29,282 nucleotides of DNA from contig AP026176.1 of NCBI GenBank assembly GCA_030295235.1, positions 496,001 through 525,282 on the forward strand, given 5' to 3'. Below, in pieces: positions 24,403-29,282 of the stretch. Position 1 is the stretch's first letter; each line of letters begins with the position of its first letter. This DNA is from Fistulifera solaris (taxonomy: Eukaryota). The notes beneath the pieces were generated by a model. That model was given only the letters and a program-made list of their open reading frames with translations, searched no databases and was not told the DNA's origin. The position numbers and the translations under genes are program-made.

Positions 24403-24695
24403 ATCTGAATTACAAATAGGAGAAAAGACACCTATCAAGCTTTGTCTTTGGCCTTCGTCTCATTTATGTTTTGTGCTCCGCTTTTTCGTCACACAAAAAC
24501 GGTCGCAGGAAAGTTTTCCGGAAAATGGTCGAGCGCGCGCGCAGGCCCGCGCAACGGAAATTCCATTGTCGGCCCTGAACAAAATTTGAAATTCAAACAC
24601 TTCGTGCTAAGGCGGATTCAGAATTACTCCATGCAAAGAATGCTAGAAAATCATTTTACAAAGCCCTAAACGGAGAATAGTTAGTTAAAGATCCC

Positions 24696-25767
24696 TTAAA
24701 ACTCGACCAAGTGCTGTTTTGGGCTAGTCGACGACCTCGAATACTCTTTCGGTGATTGAGGGCGGTCGCGGAGGTTTTTTCTCCGAATGATGTTCGCCGT
24801 GGAAACCGAGTGTCTCTCTTGAACTCTGAGCAGGCAAAGCTGAATCTTCAATAAGAGCAACATGATTGTCCTGAAGCAAAGAGTCTCAATACCAATATCT
24901 TGCACTTCATTGTCGCCGTTGGTCTGCAGTGAAATGGCTCTTAAAACTCTTTCACATTAGCAATTTGCTGGTTGGCTTCTTGCAAAAGTTTCCACTCATC
25001 GGCGAATGTGATTTCAGACTTATCTGATCTCGCTGGCGATTTGACGCTACGCTGGGGCTTATGCCAAACACCGGAAGCAGGAGTAATCACATTCCGGGTC
25101 TCGATAATTTCGTTGTATCGATATTCTTTCCTGCTTACAATGTCACTGCCAGCACTGACAAATTCGAGTCCTTCTAGATTGTCGCTGTTTCGTCGCATAT
25201 GAAGTGAGATCCCTGGCTGTTGAAATTGACGTCCAGGCGATTCATCCAATACGGGTAGCAGGATGCGATTGGTTGCATCTTCCGATCGAGCAGGCAGGCC
25301 TTTCTCTTCGGTAACTCACGAGATCGATAACTACCAAAGACGTCGCGAATAAACTCAATGTGTTCCTCCGGTGTCACAACATTTGTCGCTGGCGGATCAT
25401 AGTCGTTGATTCTTTGGTGCGGTGACATTTCTTTCTTTTGTGCCACCGGTGGCGTCGTAAGCTGACGCTCGAATGAATCAAACTGAAGAGGTTTCGCGCT
25501 ATGACGATGTTCGTGAATTTCATTTGCTTTCAGGGAAGGGGAAATAGATTGGCGGCGCTCTTGTTGCAGAGATGACGAAGAAGTTGATACTGTTCGTGGC
25601 GAAAGGAGGCGATTGTCACTTGGCACTCGACTTTCAAAACGCGGAAGGTCATTCCAGGATTTGTCCTCGGTTGGTACAGCGCATTTGAGTAATTTTAAGG
25701 AGTGTATCCACGTTCGACGTTGCGTTTCGGCAAGTCCGTTTTTGTTGGAAGAGCGATCGTCCGTCAT
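24696..25767 (-). CDS. Hypothetical protein (frameshifted)
   Basis: ORFs 25815-25174, 25249-24941 and 24905-24696 chain together; likely ATG at 25767 (MTDDRSSN); 3' end uncertain. Confidence 0.5.
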
Positions 25768-26203
25768 GTTGCTTTTCGTAGACCTTGTCGAATGCATCGC
25801 ACAATCGCACAACAAGAAGACTCCAGCCGGATAGTAACAAGATGCCTGAGATACTTTGCAATTTTATAATCGATAATGAGGTAAAAGAATATAGGTTGCT
25901 TTTATGAGCGAAACATTCACGCTGACATTATCATCGTCGATGTGAATTTTCTTCGTTTCATTTTCTTGTCCCCAATTTTTGTGAGCGGAAACGGGCAAGC
26001 GAAACCATTCACGCGCGCAAAGCGACTATAGGCCAGACTGTTGTCCGTTTTTGACGTGACTGATATTTAGTCACGGGTCACGTAATCCCCAAGTAGACCC
26101 TAGTCCACTCTTCAGATTTGATATTCTGTTAGTAGGTAAGAACAGTTTGTGAATGTTTATTATGTTACGAGACCAAAGGGGCGCCGATGAAAGGAGGTTG
26201 GCT

Positions 26204-27477
26204 TCATTCTGAAGCAATATTTGTCTCTAAGTGCTGATTCGGATGCGATCTCCAAAAGAATCCCTTTTGGTTCTCCTCAAAATCATTCATATTTCCTCTG
26301 ACACTCGCACTCGCGTGAGCTTGCGACCAACGCCTCACCCTTTCAGCAACCGAAACCGATCCAACACTACTGCTTAACGGACGCGATTTGGGCACTGGGT
26401 CGGCCGACAACGAAGACATTGTGTCCGCGTCGGATGTAGTAGACGAATGTTTCTTTGTCGTATTCAGATTAGTAGCGTGCTGCATGAAGCTTGGTCTTTG
26501 GCCACCACAGAAAGACCAGCAAGGCTTCTTGTTTCGTCGGTAAGAACTGTTGTTGTAGCCATCGCCGGATATGACGGTGAAATAGCTTTGAGTCCGTCTT
26601 TCAGGAAAACACGACGAATTGCTGGTGGACTCGGGCAAAGTTCCCTATCAGTAGAGCCATCGTCCTTTTCAGGCAAAGTTTTCGTTTCGACGACGGTTCT
26701 TTGCTTACTCTGGTCCACAGTCGGTTGCTCCATCATCTGTGTTTCGAGACTCACTTCAATCATACTGTCCGTTTCATTTTGATCGTAATGCTCCAAATTG
26801 TCGTTGAGTGCTTCTGTGGTTGTCTCTTCGTCACGAGTTTCATCCGGATTGTTCTCTTCAGAATGCATCGAATCACTTTGGGAAACATCCTCGTCTTCTA
26901 GTATCTCTTTCGTAAAGTATTCATCTTTCTTTTCCAGACTCAGCAAAAGCAATTTTGCGCTCAATATAAGCTTACGAGCTTCTCGGAGGGTCTCCTGATC
27001 AATATCTGAGACTGTTTCGGATGGCGTGGGAGATGCACGACTCGAGTTGTCGTCGTCACTACCAAAATCGGGTGTGGCTTCGACATCGCGACTTTCTTCC
27101 GAGCACATGACTTCATCCGGAATTCCCCTGGTTTTGCGGCTTTTGTCCGATCGAACCTTTTGTGTGAACTTTTCATCCATCCACCGCGACTTTTCACCGT
27201 GCCATCGGACCAGATTTCCGAACCAAAGGAGACAGTCTTTTCACTTTTCGTCTGTTTTGAAGGTCGAAGATTTTGTATCGCGATGAGAGTTGACCGATTC
27301 CGTTTCTTCTGTTATATCGCGTCCAGATTGGCGGTTGGGAGATTTCGGCTCAGGAAGATGACTGTAGTAATCCGAATGCATCATGCGCTTCGACAGAGTA
27401 TGCGCGCCATTGGCACAGTTGAGACGTTTGATATTTCGTAACCAGTGAGGCGACTGTGTTTCGGTAGTGACCGTCAT
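26204..27477 (-). CDS. Hypothetical acidic, Ser/Thr-rich protein (frameshifted)
   Basis: ORFs 27477-27241, 27180-26464 and 26638-26204; ATG at 27477 (MTVTTETQSP); no domain recognised. Confidence 0.55.
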
Positions 27478-27961
27478 ATCGCTTTTATTTGTCTAATCGT
27501 TGCGAGAACGTCAGTTCCTCCGAAGAAAATAGAAAGAAAGCAACGAGGTCGTCAAATAAAAAAGTGACAAGGGGAAGTTGGAAGAAAATGGTGCGAACTA
27601 AATTTTGTGGGTGGATGTTTTTCGAAAAAAGCAAATGGCGACGTACGCATACAGAACATCGTATAGTCCATTTTCGTTGGTAAGATTATTTAGAGTGAAT
27701 TAGCCGTTGATGACGTGCTCCAATATCGCCATTTCGATAGTTCTGAAGCGATACTTAGGAGGACGGAATATGACTGTAATGTCAATAGTATCCTTCAGTC
27801 GCGGTCCGAGATGATGATTATTCGCACGCTTTTTCTTTTGCCTCAAGACGACAACGACAACGATCCTTCGAGATACTTTCTTCATTCGATTGAACTGCAT
27901 CCTACCATCACATCTACCTTTTCAAGCAACAAACCATGAGATACGATCTAGAGTTCTTCGT

Positions 27962-29152
27962 ATGTTGTTGTCGATCCTTTTAGGGCCTCCGAATTCGGGA
28001 AAGGACGATTATTACGAATTATTGGGCGTCGATGCGAAGGCTTCGCCGGAAGAAATCAAACGAGCCTATAAAAACAATCATTGCAGCTGCATCGACAAAT
28101 TAGCGCAACGCGGTGTCACAATAACACCCGAATTACAAGCACAATTCACCCGCATGAAAGAAGCGTACGAAACGCTCATTGATCCTTATAAACGCGAAAC
28201 GTACGATGCCATCGGAGAACGAGGACTCAAGTGGACGGAAGAACCGTTCAGTATCGATCCGCAAGAACTAGCGCACAATTTTGCTACGAGCAGTGTTTAC
28301 GATCGAATGAAGATATTTTTGATTTTTGTGCTTGCCGCAGTGGCCGTTCTGATACTACCCATTTTGATCTGCTGGCATGTCGATCATGGTGATCGAGGCT
28401 TGTGGTTGGCGACGCTTATACCTTTGTGGCTCTGGAACGGGCTTATTATCTTTTATTATTCGCGCTTGATTCTTCTGGGGCCGATCACAAGACCTGATTC
28501 GATCCCCGAAGCCGAATGGGTCGATCCGTTGCCGATGGAGAAACGAATCATGTCTCTTGTCAATCACTTGCTGCTGGTGGCGTTCGAATTTCTCATTGCT
28601 CTCAAACTGGATGATTTGATTGCTGCGCCGTGGTCGGTACTCTTCTTTCCTGTTGTCGTTTTGAGGTGCTGCATTTGGTCAAAAGTGGCCGTTGGCAGAA
28701 TGAGGGTCGTGACCGTAGCCGATTTGGAAGCAGCTCTTGGAAAGCCGTTAAGCACAATTCACTGCCTTGGAGAAAGAGTTGATTGCGAAGAGATACTCGG
28801 TAGTTTCAAGCTCGGACTGTCCGGAATATGAATTGGCGAACAAATTGAGAGCAAAAGCGCGCCACGACATTGTCAAATCCTTGTGTCGTCTTCTCTTCAT
28901 GGCTCTGTTGTTGTATCAACTGGATGTCGTGAACAGTAAGCAATTGGTGGTTCATATTCGCCCTTTTGGCTCATGGCGGCGGCCATGTGTTATTCGAACT
29001 ATCAAGCGTTTGATGCCGTGCAGCGCTTTGCTATGGAACGCGATCCGACTCTCTTTGGAATGGCAGGCGAGGATCCTGTAACGCAGTACGGCACAATGCA
29101 AGACGAAGAGAATCAAAGTAGTGCGCCTACGCCACTGACAGAGCAAGAGAAA
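27962..29152 (+). CDS. DnaJ-domain protein with multi-pass transmembrane region (TMEM185-like WxxxFxPxW motifs); apparently 3'-truncated by the telomere; start uncertain
   Basis: DYYELLGVDAKASPEEIKRAY...MKEAYETLIDPYKRETYDAIGERGL; bases 28070-28099 restore to KKQSLQLH(P)DK; TM segments with WLATLIPLWLW, PWSVLFFP and NWWFIFA(P)FWL; last frame has no stop before the TTAGGG repeats. Confidence 0.85.
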
Positions 29153-29282
29153 AGGGTTAGGGTTAGGGTTAGGGTTAGGGTTAGGGTTAGGGTTAGGGTT
29201 AGGGTTAGGGTTAGGGTTAGGGTTAGGGTTAGGGGTTAGGGTTAGGGTTAGGGTTAGGGTTAGGGTTAGGGTTAGGGTTAGG
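29153..29282 (+). repeat. Telomeric repeat (TTAGGG)n, about 21 units, one TTAGGGG variant at 29229-29235
   Basis: Direct read; G-rich strand runs 5'->3' toward the sequence end, as expected for a right chromosome end. Confidence 0.97.

Noticed and set aside
28070..28099. J-domain apparently lacking HPD (KNNHCSCIDK in the ORF track)
   Set aside because: The alternate frame reads QSLQLH, and restoring three bases gives KKQSLQLHPDK; most likely an artefact.
198..29152. Calling the frameshifted genes pseudogenes or programmed frameshifts
   Set aside because: Lesions are uniformly short deletions in homopolymers across unrelated, conserved genes, which is the signature of sequencing error.
1..29282. 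CRISPR arrays, rRNA, tRNA, transposase or reverse-transcriptase genes
   Set aside because: No repeat-spacer array, recognisable structural RNA or TE coding motif was seen by eye; covariance-model searches were not run.

Overview
Eukaryotic, gene-dense chromosome end, most consistent with a (pennate) diatom or related stramenopile: short 60-85 nt GT-AG introns, short intergenic spacers, a bacterial-type hybrid histidine kinase, a repeated 'QVGxxCxHC' domain family I recognise from diatom proteomes, and a terminal (TTAGGG)n tract. Nearly every gene is split by apparent 1-nt deletions in short homopolymers, most likely unpolished long-read errors, so gene models were rebuilt by hand across ORF fragments. 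Order: MFS (HIAT1/MFSD14-like) transporter (-); AT-rich degenerate inverted-repeat element; TPX2-like protein (+); PAS hybrid histidine kinase (+); BRWD/PHIP-like WD40-bromodomain protein (-); lipoyl-domain/KGD4(MRPS36)-like fusion (+); triple C2HC-repeat protein (+); four co-oriented low-complexity hypothetical genes (-); DnaJ-transmembrane gene (+) that runs without a stop directly into the telomere. Highlights are the telomere joined in-frame inside a gene (giving a poly-Arg-Val tail) and the lipoyl-KGD4 fusion lacking an E2 catalytic domain.
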